Origin: an uncultured Candidatus Rokubacteria bacterium
GTDB taxonomy: Bacteria; Methylomirabilota; Methylomirabilia; Rokubacteriales; CSP1-6
Length of the DNA stretch: 64,000 nucleotides
NCBI GenBank assembly: GCA_963754315.1
Contig: CAVWFS010000006.1
Coordinates: forward strand, 1 to 64,000
Reading direction: 5' to 3'
Shown in pieces: positions 53,224 through 62,958 of the stretch. The position numbers and the translations under genes are program-made. Under the pieces are notes generated by a model that saw only the letters and a list, made by a program, of their open reading frames with translations, searched no databases and was not told the origin of the DNA. Each line of letters opens with the position of its first letter. The first letter of the stretch is position 1.

Positions 53224-54165
53224 ATGAACGCGCTCGACTGGTTGCTCGATGCGGACCCGGCGATTCGCTGGCAGGCGATGCGCGACCTGACCGATGTGCC
53301 GGCCGACCAGGTCGCCGCGGAGCGTACCCGCGTTGCCACCGAAGGCTGGGGCGCGCGGCTGCTGGCTCTCCGGCGGGAGGATGGGCTGTGGGACGCTGGC
53401 ACGCCGGAGCCGGAGTGGGTCTCGCTGCTCGCCCTGTTGCTGCTTCGCGACATGGGCCTCGACGCTTCGAGCGAGGAGGCGCGGAAAGCGATAGGCCTCG
53501 TCCGCAACAACGCGACGTGGCACTCCCGGGGCCCATGGCACGGCACACCGCTGTTCGCGGGCGAGGTCGAGCCGTGCATCAACGGACGCGTAGTGACGGT
53601 CGGCTCGTACTTCGGCCAGGACGTGACAGGCATCGTCGAGCGGCTGCTCGGCGAGCAGATGGCCGATGGCGGGTGGAATTGCGAGCAGGAGAATGGCTCG
53701 ACCCGCGGATCGTTCCACACGACGATCAACGTCCTCGAGGGCCTTCTGGAGCACGAGCGAGCAACCGGCCGCTCGGCCGAGGTGACCGCGGCGCTTGAGC
53801 GAGGGCAGGAATACCTGCTCGAACGCCGGATGCTGCGCCGGCTGTCGAGCGGCGAGCTGATCGATACGGCCTTCACACTGTTCTCGTTCCCGACCGGCTA
53901 CCACTACGACGCGTTGCGCGGGCTCGACTACCTGCGCGCAGCGGGCGTGACGCCCGATGCGCGCGTGGCCGAGGCCATCGACCTGGTCCGCTCCAAGCGT
54001 GACGCCGAAGGCCGATTGCCGCTCGAGAACCCACACGAGAGCGAACTGGTCGACGCCCGCGTCCGCGATCTCGAGTTCGACATGGACGAGCGCGAAGGCC
54101 GGCCCAGCCACTGGAACACCCTGCGCGCCATGCGCGTGCTGGACTGGTACGAGGGCGGCCGCTAG
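53224..54165 (+). CDS. Prenyltransferase/squalene-oxidase-repeat (alpha/alpha barrel) hypothetical protein
   Basis: WLLDADPAIRWQ, EVEPCING, EQMADGGWNC and PSHWNTLRAMRVL. Confidence 0.75.
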   Translation: MNALDWLLDADPAIRWQAMRDLTDVPADQVAAERTRVATEGWGARLLALRREDGLWDAGTPEPEWVSLLALLLLRDMGLDASSEEARKAIGLVRNNATWHSRGPWHGTPLFAGEVEPCINGRVVTVGSYFGQDVTGIVERLLGEQMADGGWNCEQENGSTRGSFHTTINVLEGLLEHERATGRSAEVTAALERGQEYLLERRMLRRLSSGELIDTAFTLFSFPTGYHYDALRGLDYLRAAGVTPDARVAEAIDLVRSKRDAEGRLPLENPHESELVDARVRDLEFDMDEREGRPSHWNTLRAMRVLDWYEGGR

Positions 54166-54175
54166 CCCGCCAGCA

Positions 54176-54320
54176 TCAATCCTGGGCGCGTTCCAGCCGC
54201 TCGCGGCCAGACTCGCGCGCGTAGGCCCAGACGTCGATGTCGGGCGGTTCGACGCCCAGGCTCGTCAAAGCGGTACAGACCTGGCTGCGGTGGTCGGTGC
54301 CGTCGTCATGGGCCGATCGG
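54176..54320 (-). pseudogene. C-terminal remnant of a DinB-like protein
   Basis: GTDHRSQVCTALTSLGVEPPDIDVWAY. Confidence 0.5.
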
Positions 54321-54556
54321 ACCGCCCGGGCAGGACCACGGTCTGCGGATGTGTCCGTGCACTGGCTGTTGAAGGCGCGCGCGACCTCACGGATCTCGCT
54401 CGGCCCCTCCTGGGCGAGCGGCCCGGTGAGGCCGATGCCGATGAGAGGAGGATTGGCACATGCCGCCCCACCGAGCTCAAGGGGAGACCAGCGTCCACGT
54501 GCCACCACTTGGTGAGGGATCCGCAAATCCTCCTCTTGGGCGCGGGTGCAGCCGAC

Positions 54557-55276
54557 TTAGCTGTACGAGCTTCGCGGCGGTCGGAAACCGCGTCCTGGAC
54601 GGTGCCTTGAGACAGGTTGGGTCGTCGCACGCCAGACAGAACCGCTGTACCTGTCCCAGCCATCGTCGTTCGTGCCGTCGGCTAAATCGTCGGCGTAGAG
54701 GCGGGCGAGCAGCGCGTAGAGCCGCTCGAGGATGGAGTCGCCCGGCTGCACGGTGATGTCCGCGGTCTGATCGGTGCCCTGGATGATCTCGTCGCGCCAC
54801 TGGCGGTGGCAATCCGTGGGGCAGACCGGCGGCAGCAGGTCCACCAAGCAGCCTGCTTCCACGTTGTTCCGGCTGTCGTAGGACAGGCCGATGGTGCGAT
54901 AGCCGGCATAGGCCGCCATCTGCAGCACGAGGTCGTGCTTGTCCGGCGTCATGGAGCTGCCCGGCAGGAAGACGAGCAGTGGCAGCCGTGGCGTCCTGGC
55001 CGCACCGGGCACGTAGACGGAATGCACGGCGCAGGGCGCCTCCAGGCTGCCCGCATCGCAGGAGGAGGTCGAGACCGGGCCGTATTGCAACAACTCCACC
55101 GGATCGTACGTGCCTCTCAGCACGGGCGAGTTGGTGTTGTAGTCGGCCACGGGGGGGCAAGCCAGAAGAGCGCAGGAACTCTGGACCAGAGCAAGGGCCA
55201 GGCACCACAGCCGGAGAGCGACGGGACGGGGAGCGCGTTGAGCCCGGAAGCGTCTTGCCGACACGCAAGCATTCAT
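54557..55276 (-). CDS. Exported alpha/beta-hydrolase-like protein, apparently truncated
   Basis: GGAGG RBS, signal-like N-terminus and LLVFLPGS...AGYRTIGLSY. It ends before any GxSxG motif. Confidence 0.5.
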   Translation of the reverse strand: MNACVSARRFRAQRAPRPVALRLWCLALALVQSSCALLACPPVADYNTNSPVLRGTYDPVELLQYGPVSTSSCDAGSLEAPCAVHSVYVPGAARTPRLPLLVFLPGSSMTPDKHDLVLQMAAYAGYRTIGLSYDSRNNVEAGCLVDLLPPVCPTDCHRQWRDEIIQGTDQTADITVQPGDSILERLYALLARLYADDLADGTNDDGWDRYSGSVWRATTQPVSRHRPGRGFRPPRSSYS

Positions 55277-55488
55277 GGCGAACCTCCTGCCTGACCTTCG
55301 TCATAACTGAAAGCGCTGCGTCGTCAAGGGGTCGGCTACCGCACCGCCGTTGGTTCGGCGGATCCCAGAACTAAGGAGGTCCAGTGCGTAAAAACGTTGA
55401 TCGCTGCAAGAGGTTCACCATGGGGATACGATGTTATAGGTGTGGTCTGAGAGACGCTGACCAGGTATAGCCTCCGTGAGGGAATCCT

Positions 55489-55860
55489 ATGGCCACCTCG
55501 TACCTTCGCGATATCTGCTTCGACTGTGCTGATCCACATCGTCTCGCGCGCTTCTGGGCGGACGTCCTCGGTTATACGATTCGTCTACCGGAGCCAGCCA
55601 CAACATCGGATGTCTCCATTGCCCTCGATCCCCCCGCAGGTGGACTGCGTATCTGGTGTAACCAGGTGCCCGAGCCGAAGGTCGTGAAGAATCGCGTTCA
55701 TATCGACATTAACCTGCCTGATAGAGCGGAGATGGAGCGTCTGCACCGTCTAGGGGCACGTGCCCTCCGGGAGGTCCGCGATGCCGAGGGGAGACTGCTG
55801 TGGACGATCATGGCCGATCCCGAAGGCAACGAGTTCTGCGCCTTTCTGCCCAGAGAGTGA
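55489..55860 (+). CDS. VOC/glyoxalase-like protein
   Basis: FDCADP.RLARFWA, KNRVHIDI and MADPEGNEFC. Confidence 0.9.
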   Translation: MATSYLRDICFDCADPHRLARFWADVLGYTIRLPEPATTSDVSIALDPPAGGLRIWCNQVPEPKVVKNRVHIDINLPDRAEMERLHRLGARALREVRDAEGRLLWTIMADPEGNEFCAFLPRE

Positions 55861-55877
55861 TCAGGGGTCATGCCCCC

Positions 55878-57413
55878 CTAATTCGCCTTCAGCCGCACGT
55901 CCTCGAGCGGAGCCGACCATGGGTACGGGTCGATCAGCAACAATGCTGGCTCCGCGACACGGGGGCCGACGGCGCTCGCCCAGATGAACTCGTAGAGGGG
56001 CCCGAACCGCGCCCGGTCATAGAGTAACTGCTGCATCTGGTGGAGCAGAGCCTCGCGCTTTTTCCGATCGAGTTCGCGGGACTGTTGCTTGTAGAGGGCC
56101 TCCACGTCGGGATCGACCCCGCGCGCATATGCCCCTTCGCTTTGCACCTGCTCGGCGAGCCGCGTCGCCGCGTTGCCGTAGGAGGCGACCGTGCATAGGC
56201 AGACCCCGTGAAGCTTCTTCCCGAACCACGCCGTCTGGAAGGTCGCTCGCTCCATGGTGCGGACCTTCATGCGGATGCCGATGGCGCCGAAGTTCGCGAC
56301 GATGGCCTCGCCCGCCGAAAAGTACGGCGGATAGGGATAGAAGTCCCCGCCGTCGAAACCGCTGGGATAGCCCGCCTGGGCCAGGAGCTGTCTGGCCTTG
56401 ACCGGATCGTAGGCATAGGGCTCGAGGGCCAAAGCGAACTCGAACTTGCGCGGGACCATGCTGCCCGTCAGGCGCGAGGCCCCCAGCGTTTCAGCCTCGT
56501 TGATCGACTTGCGATCGACGGCGTGGTTTGCGGCCAGTCGCACCCGCCGGTCGGCCCACGGCGACTTCGGGTCCCACTGGTCGAAGAAATCGAGAAAGTG
56601 GACACCGATCGCCCCCGAGAAGGCGAGCTTGACGTTGGGATCACGCTTGAGCTCCTGCGCGGTCGGCGTGTCGATCATGTACGCGACGTCCACCTCGCCA
56701 TTCTTCACCATGGCCGCCCGCGTGGTGGCTTCGGGCACGCTCTTGAATACCAGGCGTTTCACCGACGGCGTCTTGCGCCAGTAGCCCTCGAAGGCCTCCA
56801 TAACCAGCTCCACGCCGGGCACGTGGCTCACGAACTTGTAAGGCCCGAGCCCGACGGGTTGCTTCTTGAAGCCGTCGTCTCCTACCCGCTCGACGTATCG
56901 CTTCGGGACGATCCAGCTGGCGCCGCTCGCCAGCGTAGCGTAGAAGGTCATGAAATCGGGATAGGGCTCATGCAGATGAAAACGGACCCGATGGGGCCCG
57001 ACGATCTCGACATCCCGCACCTTGTCCTTGAGAACCTTCCCGACCTTGGACCGCTGGTAGCTGAACTTCACATCGTCGGCGGTGAAGGCGTCGCCGTTGT
57101 GGAACTTGAGACCTTCGCGCAGCTTGAACTCGTACGTCTTGCCGTCCGAGCTCTCCCGCCACGACTCAGCGAGGCTGGGCGCCATGAGGTTACCGGGCAT
57201 CGCCTTGAAGAGCGCGTCGTGCATCGCATAGAGCACCCAGAACGGCGTGATGAAGCCGGCGGTCAGCTCCCCCGGGTCGAACCAGCCCGGGGCCAGAGTC
57301 ACGTAGAGGGCCCAGCGCATCTCGCCTTCTGGCTTCACGGGCGCTGCCTTGGGCTGCCCCCACGCGTTGCCGACCAGACCGATCGCGATCAGAATGGCGA
57401 TGGTGAATCGCAT
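55878..57413 (-). CDS. ABC transporter substrate-binding protein, family 5 (peptide/nickel), orphan
   Basis: Signal peptide, PSLAESW, KFHNGDAFTADDVKFS, PVGLGPYKF and VRLAANHAVDR. Confidence 0.92.
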   Translation of the reverse strand: MRFTIAILIAIGLVGNAWGQPKAAPVKPEGEMRWALYVTLAPGWFDPGELTAGFITPFWVLYAMHDALFKAMPGNLMAPSLAESWRESSDGKTYEFKLREGLKFHNGDAFTADDVKFSYQRSKVGKVLKDKVRDVEIVGPHRVRFHLHEPYPDFMTFYATLASGASWIVPKRYVERVGDDGFKKQPVGLGPYKFVSHVPGVELVMEAFEGYWRKTPSVKRLVFKSVPEATTRAAMVKNGEVDVAYMIDTPTAQELKRDPNVKLAFSGAIGVHFLDFFDQWDPKSPWADRRVRLAANHAVDRKSINEAETLGASRLTGSMVPRKFEFALALEPYAYDPVKARQLLAQAGYPSGFDGGDFYPYPPYFSAGEAIVANFGAIGIRMKVRTMERATFQTAWFGKKLHGVCLCTVASYGNAATRLAEQVQSEGAYARGVDPDVEALYKQQSRELDRKKREALLHQMQQLLYDRARFGPLYEFIWASAVGPRVAEPALLLIDPYPWSAPLEDVRLKAN

Positions 57414-57669
57414 TCGGATTCCTCCCCGCTCGGGTGCTGAGACACCGTCTCGAGCGGTGCCTAGCATATGCTGTCAGCCCCCAGCAGGGCGAGGGGCGTG
57501 CTCCTAGCGGGGGGTGCCATGAGGTTCACCACGTTGATCACCCGCACCTTCAGCGCCCCGTCTTCCAGGCCCCTTCCGGTTGAATCCGGCCCAATGGATT
57601 GATACCATTCATTAATTCCGGCCCGCCCGGGGACCGCAACCTCTCACAGAGACGGACGTGACCTTGGCT

Positions 57670-58671
57670 ATGCGAACCATGCGACGCCTGATGCGATTGA
57701 TCGCTTTCTGCGCCGCCGTCGCCGCCGCCGGCAACGGGGTGGCCGGGGCTACAGAGCCTGCTGACCTGAACTCGGCCCTCGATCCCGGTCTTCAGCGCGG
57801 TCTCGAGCGAGTGGTGGCGGACCTGGGGCTCCTGCCCGACGTGGAGGCGCGCCGCTTGGCCGTTGCCGTTGTTGACCTCACGGTAGCTGAAACGCCGCGC
57901 CTCGCGATGCTGAACGGCAACACGATGATGTACGCGGCGAGCCTGCCCAAGCTCGCCATCTTGCTCGGCGCCTTCGTCGAGGCTCAGCTCGGACGGCTGC
58001 GGCTGGACGCCCCCCAGCTGGCGGCCATCCACGATATGATCCGCCACTCGAGCAACGAGGCGGCGACCCGCGTCCTCGGTTGGGTCGGCCGCGAGCGCCT
58101 CCTGGACATCCTGCAGACGCCCGGCATCTTGCTCTACGATCCGATGCGATGGGGCGGTCTGTGGGTCGGCAAGGCCTACGGCGCGGAAGGCGCATACCGG
58201 CGCGATCCCGTCGCTCACCTCTCTCACGGGGCGACGGCGTTTCAGGTTGCGCGCTTCTATTACCTCCTGGAGGCCAGGCGCCTGGTGAGTCCGGCCCTGA
58301 CGGCCTTGATGAAAGACGCGCTGGCGCGGCCGGCCATTCGACACAAATTCGTGAAGGGGCTGGAGAGTCGCCCCGCCGCTGAGCTCTTCCGGAAATCCGG
58401 AACCTGGCGAGACTTCCACGCGGACAGCGCCCTGATCCAGTCCGGCCGGCACACGCTCGTCATCGTCGGGCTGGCCCACCACCCTCAGGGCGGGGAATGG
58501 CTCGCCCGCATCGCCGCTCCGCTGCACGATCTCATTGCGCCGCCGCAAGCAACTCCGGATCGCGGGAGCGGCGAGGCCGCTCGGCGTGGGGCCGTACCGC
58601 CGTGGGCGGCCGTTCCCAGTGAGGAGCCAGCGGGCGGGGCCGACCGGACCGGAGGGTTACCGGGAGCCTGA
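57670..58671 (+). CDS. Exported serine hydrolase, class A beta-lactamase-like fold
   Basis: Signal peptide, ASLPK (SxxK), SSN (SxN) and KSG. Confidence 0.85.
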   Translation: MRTMRRLMRLIAFCAAVAAAGNGVAGATEPADLNSALDPGLQRGLERVVADLGLLPDVEARRLAVAVVDLTVAETPRLAMLNGNTMMYAASLPKLAILLGAFVEAQLGRLRLDAPQLAAIHDMIRHSSNEAATRVLGWVGRERLLDILQTPGILLYDPMRWGGLWVGKAYGAEGAYRRDPVAHLSHGATAFQVARFYYLLEARRLVSPALTALMKDALARPAIRHKFVKGLESRPAAELFRKSGTWRDFHADSALIQSGRHTLVIVGLAHHPQGGEWLARIAAPLHDLIAPPQATPDRGSGEAARRGAVPPWAAVPSEEPAGGADRTGGLPGA

Positions 58672-59967
58672 GGATGTGTCCGGCCGCGAAGGAGATCCGG
58701 CCGTGTTTGGCCTCGCCCCGTGCGCCCCGCTGATCAGCCGGTGGACTTGTACGGCCAGCGCTTGGTGGTCCGCCGCCGAGTTCTTCCGTAGGACATTGGA
58801 GATGAGGGCCACCATGTAGTAGAGCGTCCGCTCGCGCGCCGGCGACTCGATGATTGCGATCGAGTTCATGTAATTCTTGACGTTGCCCATGTACTGACGG
58901 CAGGTGAAGCCCGGCTCCGGGGCGCACGAGAACAGCGAGCCGGACTTGAAGTACACGGCGGCATCGGTCAGGGAGGGCGCCGAGGCGTAGCGGATGCGTC
59001 GCTCGGTAACGTACATCATGCGCTTGATCTCCCGGCTCGACCACGGGTCGACGAGCCGTCCCTCCTCCAGGCGCAGGAGATAACGCAGGAGATCGCGCGC
59101 CGTCCCGGTGCTATCGCCCGGTCCCGACACGATCCGCTTGCCCCCAGCCGTGAAGATGCTGCCCTGCCGGAGACGCTCGAGGTCGAGGCCGTTGCGCGTG
59201 ACCGGATCGGAGAAGGTCTTGACGAAGAGCGCGGTGAGATCCTTCTTGGGAGTATCCGCGAAGAAGCGGCGGATCTCGGCCTCCGAGGGCGGATAGGCGC
59301 GGCCGTACTGGCGAAGGAGCATCGCCTCGCGCATGACCATGCCGGCCGCTGAGTTCGAGCTCGGCGACATCATCCAGTCCACGTACTCCCACAGCGAGGC
59401 CCGATCGCCGATCTGGATGGGCCGCCGCGTGAGGGTTCGTGACTGCGGGTCGAATATCCGCACGGTATGGTGGTCGTACTGGGAGAAGGCGTCGGCGGTG
59501 ACCACGGTGGTGCGGAGCACCCGGCGGCGCGATTCGATATCGTCCGGGTAGGTATCGGCGAGGGCTTGGAAGAGCGCGAGCGCTACCAGGATCTTGCCGA
59601 CGCTGCCAACGTTCTGCTGGTGGTCGCCCCGGAGCTCGGCATAGCGCGGCGCAGCCAGGTCGGTGAGGTCGAGCACGGCGAGGCTGTAACTGGCGAGGTT
59701 GCCGCCGAGGAGTCCGGCCAGCTGGGCCGTGAACGCAGGGTCAGGGGCGGGTAGGTCGAACGTCTGCCCGGCGAGGCGCAGATCCACCTCCTTCATACCG
59801 AGGAGCGCACCCTGGGGTTGGGCCACGTCCCGGACCACCCCTTGGACGGCGAGCGAGATCCCGAGGAGTCGGCGAATCCCGGTCTCCGGATAGCCGTCCA
59901 GCGGATAGGCGGTGGCTGTCTCGGCGGCCATAAGGACGGCGGCGGCGCAGGCGAGCGCTCGGAGCAT
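58657..59967 (-). CDS. Exported beta-lactamase/PBP-fold serine hydrolase-like protein
   Basis: Signal peptide (ATA-YP), GSVGK (SxxK), SSN and FKSG. It starts 6 nt after the dikinase stop. Confidence 0.75.
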   Translation of the reverse strand: MLRALACAAAVLMAAETATAYPLDGYPETGIRRLLGISLAVQGVVRDVAQPQGALLGMKEVDLRLAGQTFDLPAPDPAFTAQLAGLLGGNLASYSLAVLDLTDLAAPRYAELRGDHQQNVGSVGKILVALALFQALADTYPDDIESRRRVLRTTVVTADAFSQYDHHTVRIFDPQSRTLTRRPIQIGDRASLWEYVDWMMSPSSNSAAGMVMREAMLLRQYGRAYPPSEAEIRRFFADTPKKDLTALFVKTFSDPVTRNGLDLERLRQGSIFTAGGKRIVSGPGDSTGTARDLLRYLLRLEEGRLVDPWSSREIKRMMYVTERRIRYASAPSLTDAAVYFKSGSLFSCAPEPGFTCRQYMGNVKNYMNSIAIIESPARERTLYYMVALISNVLRKNSAADHQALAVQVHRLISGAHGARPNTAGSPSRPDTSSGSR

Positions 59968-59973
59968 CTCGGC

Positions 59974-62958
59974 CTATTCCGACGGGGCCGCCCGCATGTC
60001 GACGGAGCGGCCCAGGTTCCGGGCAAGCGCCCGGTCCATCCCGACCAGATAGCTGTTGCCGCGCGCGAGACGGCTTTCGTTAAGTGGCCGGATCTGCAGC
60101 AGCCACAGCCGACCATTCACGAAGGCGAACTCGACGTCGGCCGCCGCGGGCTGACCATCTTCCCCGACCTGGGGGACACGCTTGGCGATCTCCTCGGCGA
60201 CCGCGATCAGCTGCTGAATCTCGCCGGTCTGCAGCACGGTCTCGCTTCCGGTGACCGGGAGGCTCGCCAACCCGCCGCTGGCGAGGGGGACCATCCGTCG
60301 AGGCGCGGTGGCAGAGGCCATCAGCCGCACGGCTCCGGTGCGCGTGTCGATTCGCAGCGACTCGGCGGCTTGGCCATCGACCGCCCCGCCGACCCCCTCG
60401 TTGGCGGCGACGGACAGGACGCCGCGGTCGCCGCTGTCCACGTCCTGCGTCACCATCACGCCGGACTTCTCCGAGGGCACGGTGCGCAGCAGCAACACCG
60501 CCGGGTAGACGTGCTCGGGGCCCTTCATGTGCGCCTGGCGCCACGCGAATGCGCGGGCCGTGTACGGAGACGCCCACACTTCAGCGATGGCCTTGACGAC
60601 TCGGTCGAACCCGACGACATTGGGCAAGGTCAGATTCAGCCCGGCGCCGGTGAAGCCTGGCAAGTCCTCTACGTTCGTGTCGGAGCGCACGAACACCCCG
60701 CCCTTGAAGTCCCGTCCGAACGCTTTCTCCATCGCCGCTCTCAGCCGCTGGCGGAACTCCGGTCCGGGCTCGGTGTTCCGCACGATCGAGTAGATCTCAG
60801 CCCGCAGCTTCTCCGCGAACTCGCTGGCCTGACGAGACTCCGGCGGCATCGACTCCAGCGTGCGGAAACGGTCGACCATCCACTGAAACACAGTCTGGCC
60901 CGTGTTGCGGTAGGGTCGATCGAGCACAGCCTCGCGGTATACGCCGAAGGGGATTCCCACCCCTGGAGCCACGCGGTCCGGGAAGGTCGCCCTGAGCTCG
61001 CCGAGCTTGGCCGCCTTCGGTCCGACGATGCGCCCGGAGTCGCGGGCGCGCAGCGTGTCGAGGCTGACGAAGTCGCGCACCGAGAGGTCGAGCTTCGTGA
61101 GGTCGGGGGTGAACGTGACGGCCGGGCCTGACTTGCCGTTCGCGGCAAAGGCTGCATCCCAGCCGGGCCCGTCCTCGGCGATCTCGACGAGACCAGCCGG
61201 ACTCACGGCCAGCACGATTCGCTTGCCGTCGGCCGGGCGCAGGGCGCTGACCAGTGACTCGTCGACCGCCACGTTCGGGATGCCAAGATTCCGAGCGAGG
61301 AGCTGAACGTGGGAGAGCGGGTTGCCGGCCCCGGTGGTGAGGATGCCCGCGACCGGCGGAAGGGCGGCGACAGTTTCGGGCAAGAGGTAGATGCCGTCCC
61401 GCGCGAACGCCTCTACGTGCTTCATGGCGGGCGCGGCGTGCAGCACGCCGCGCGCGATTCCGGGGTTAAGAGCATTGAGGCCAGTTCCGACGTCCCGACC
61501 GAGGAGCCGATGCTGGACGCCGGCCAGCCGGTTGGCGTCGCGGGAGAGCCGGTCGAGCACCTGCGCGTAGAAGAGCACCGCGCTGCCGCGCAGCTGGTCC
61601 TGGATGAACAGGTCGGCCATTGGCTCGACCTCGGCGAGCTTCTCCATCGCTTCACCGAAGTGCTGCCGCAATCGCTGGGCGCCCCACCCGGGCAGGAGTC
61701 CGAGATAGCGTAGCTCCTGTCGGTAGTCGGCGAGGGCGACCTGATCGGCCGAGAGCGCGGCCGAGGCCCGATCGAGGGCAGCGCGCTCTCTGGCATCGAT
61801 CAGACCGGTCCCGTAGGCGGCGTCGATGCCGGCGCGGAGCCGAACGACCTCCACGGCCCGCGTCGTGCCGGACGACCCGACTCCGAGCTCCGTCCCCGCT
61901 CGGAACGTCTCCACCTCTACGGCCAGCGAGAGGTCGATGACGCGCAGGCGTAGGGCGGGGGACGAGATCGTGGGGAGGGCGGTCCGGAGGTCGGCGAGCA
62001 GCCGCGTCGTCACGACGTAGCGGTTCCGCGCGTCTGGGTCCCGGGCGTACTCGCGCTGGGCCTCCGCGAGCCGCGCCTGGAGTGACGGCGCGGAGCCGAG
62101 AGCGGCCGCGTCCTGGGCCAGTCGCTCGCCGAGGGGGCGTGGCCGATATACGCGCTCGATCTCGGCGGCGAGCTCCTCGTACCGGGGCCGGATTTCGGAC
62201 CGCCCGGCCTTCCCCGCATACTCACGGACCCGCGTGGCGTCGGCGGCATCGGGCGTGTTGTGGATCTTCGCGCGCAGTGGGGCAAAGCCGGCGTCGCGGT
62301 CCGATAGGGCCGCCGCCATCTGGCGCACCTTCTGTGCGGAGGCAGTGTCCTCCCCGTGCGGGAGCAGGCGGGCGCCGATGCGCAGGGCCGGAAAGCGGAA
62401 GCCGATCCATTCCGGCCGCGCCGCCATGGCGACGAGGAGCTTGCGCGCGCTGTCGCGCTCGTCTTCGGCCTGGATGGCGCCGCGGTAGAACTGGGCCTGG
62501 CGGAGGATCCAGCCATCGTCGGCGGCGACCAGGAACTTCTCGATCAGGAGCTGAGCGTACGTGTCGGCAAAATCGGGAGCGGCCACCGCCGCGCCGGCAT
62601 CGAGGGCAGCGAGGAGCGTCGCCACCTTGTAACCTTGCGCACGCAACTCGCGCGTGCGCTCATTCCACTCGCCATGCTGTACGCCCCCGCCGTGCTTGGC
62701 GCAGGCGTACGACCGAGGCGGAAACACCGAGCCGTCCTTGCAGTACCACTTGATGGCGGAGAAGGGCCCCCGCGGGTTCTGCTTCATCTCGCCGATCCAG
62801 GCGCGATAGCGATCCGCACGGTCGCCCGGAGTCGCGGCGCCAAGGGGGGCACCCGCCGCCGGGGCCGATGCAGTGGATGCCGCGGGCAAGAGCAGCGCGA
62901 TCGTTAGGGCAACGGTGGCGCAGCGCCACCGGCCCCACGGTGACAACGCGTATCTCAT
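59974..62958 (-). CDS. PEP-synthase/PPDK-family dikinase-like protein with signal peptide, phosphohistidine domain and C-terminal ATP-grasp domain
   Basis: AAGGAGG RBS and ATGA overlap with the upstream gene. Hydrophobic N-terminus, then GNPLSHVQLLARN (His), VGPKAAKLGEL, FVRSDTNVEDLPGFTGAGL, KSGVM, DVEFAF and LQIRP. Confidence 0.85.
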   Translation of the reverse strand: MRYALSPWGRWRCATVALTIALLLPAASTASAPAAGAPLGAATPGDRADRYRAWIGEMKQNPRGPFSAIKWYCKDGSVFPPRSYACAKHGGGVQHGEWNERTRELRAQGYKVATLLAALDAGAAVAAPDFADTYAQLLIEKFLVAADDGWILRQAQFYRGAIQAEDERDSARKLLVAMAARPEWIGFRFPALRIGARLLPHGEDTASAQKVRQMAAALSDRDAGFAPLRAKIHNTPDAADATRVREYAGKAGRSEIRPRYEELAAEIERVYRPRPLGERLAQDAAALGSAPSLQARLAEAQREYARDPDARNRYVVTTRLLADLRTALPTISSPALRLRVIDLSLAVEVETFRAGTELGVGSSGTTRAVEVVRLRAGIDAAYGTGLIDARERAALDRASAALSADQVALADYRQELRYLGLLPGWGAQRLRQHFGEAMEKLAEVEPMADLFIQDQLRGSAVLFYAQVLDRLSRDANRLAGVQHRLLGRDVGTGLNALNPGIARGVLHAAPAMKHVEAFARDGIYLLPETVAALPPVAGILTTGAGNPLSHVQLLARNLGIPNVAVDESLVSALRPADGKRIVLAVSPAGLVEIAEDGPGWDAAFAANGKSGPAVTFTPDLTKLDLSVRDFVSLDTLRARDSGRIVGPKAAKLGELRATFPDRVAPGVGIPFGVYREAVLDRPYRNTGQTVFQWMVDRFRTLESMPPESRQASEFAEKLRAEIYSIVRNTEPGPEFRQRLRAAMEKAFGRDFKGGVFVRSDTNVEDLPGFTGAGLNLTLPNVVGFDRVVKAIAEVWASPYTARAFAWRQAHMKGPEHVYPAVLLLRTVPSEKSGVMVTQDVDSGDRGVLSVAANEGVGGAVDGQAAESLRIDTRTGAVRLMASATAPRRMVPLASGGLASLPVTGSETVLQTGEIQQLIAVAEEIAKRVPQVGEDGQPAAADVEFAFVNGRLWLLQIRPLNESRLARGNSYLVGMDRALARNLGRSVDMRAAPSE

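Noticed and set aside
53224..54165. Possible missing oxidosqualene/squalene cyclase for the sterol cluster
   Set aside because: Only about 313 aa, with no DCTAE or DXDD motif and 47 kb from the cluster. It fits a generic alpha/alpha-barrel family.
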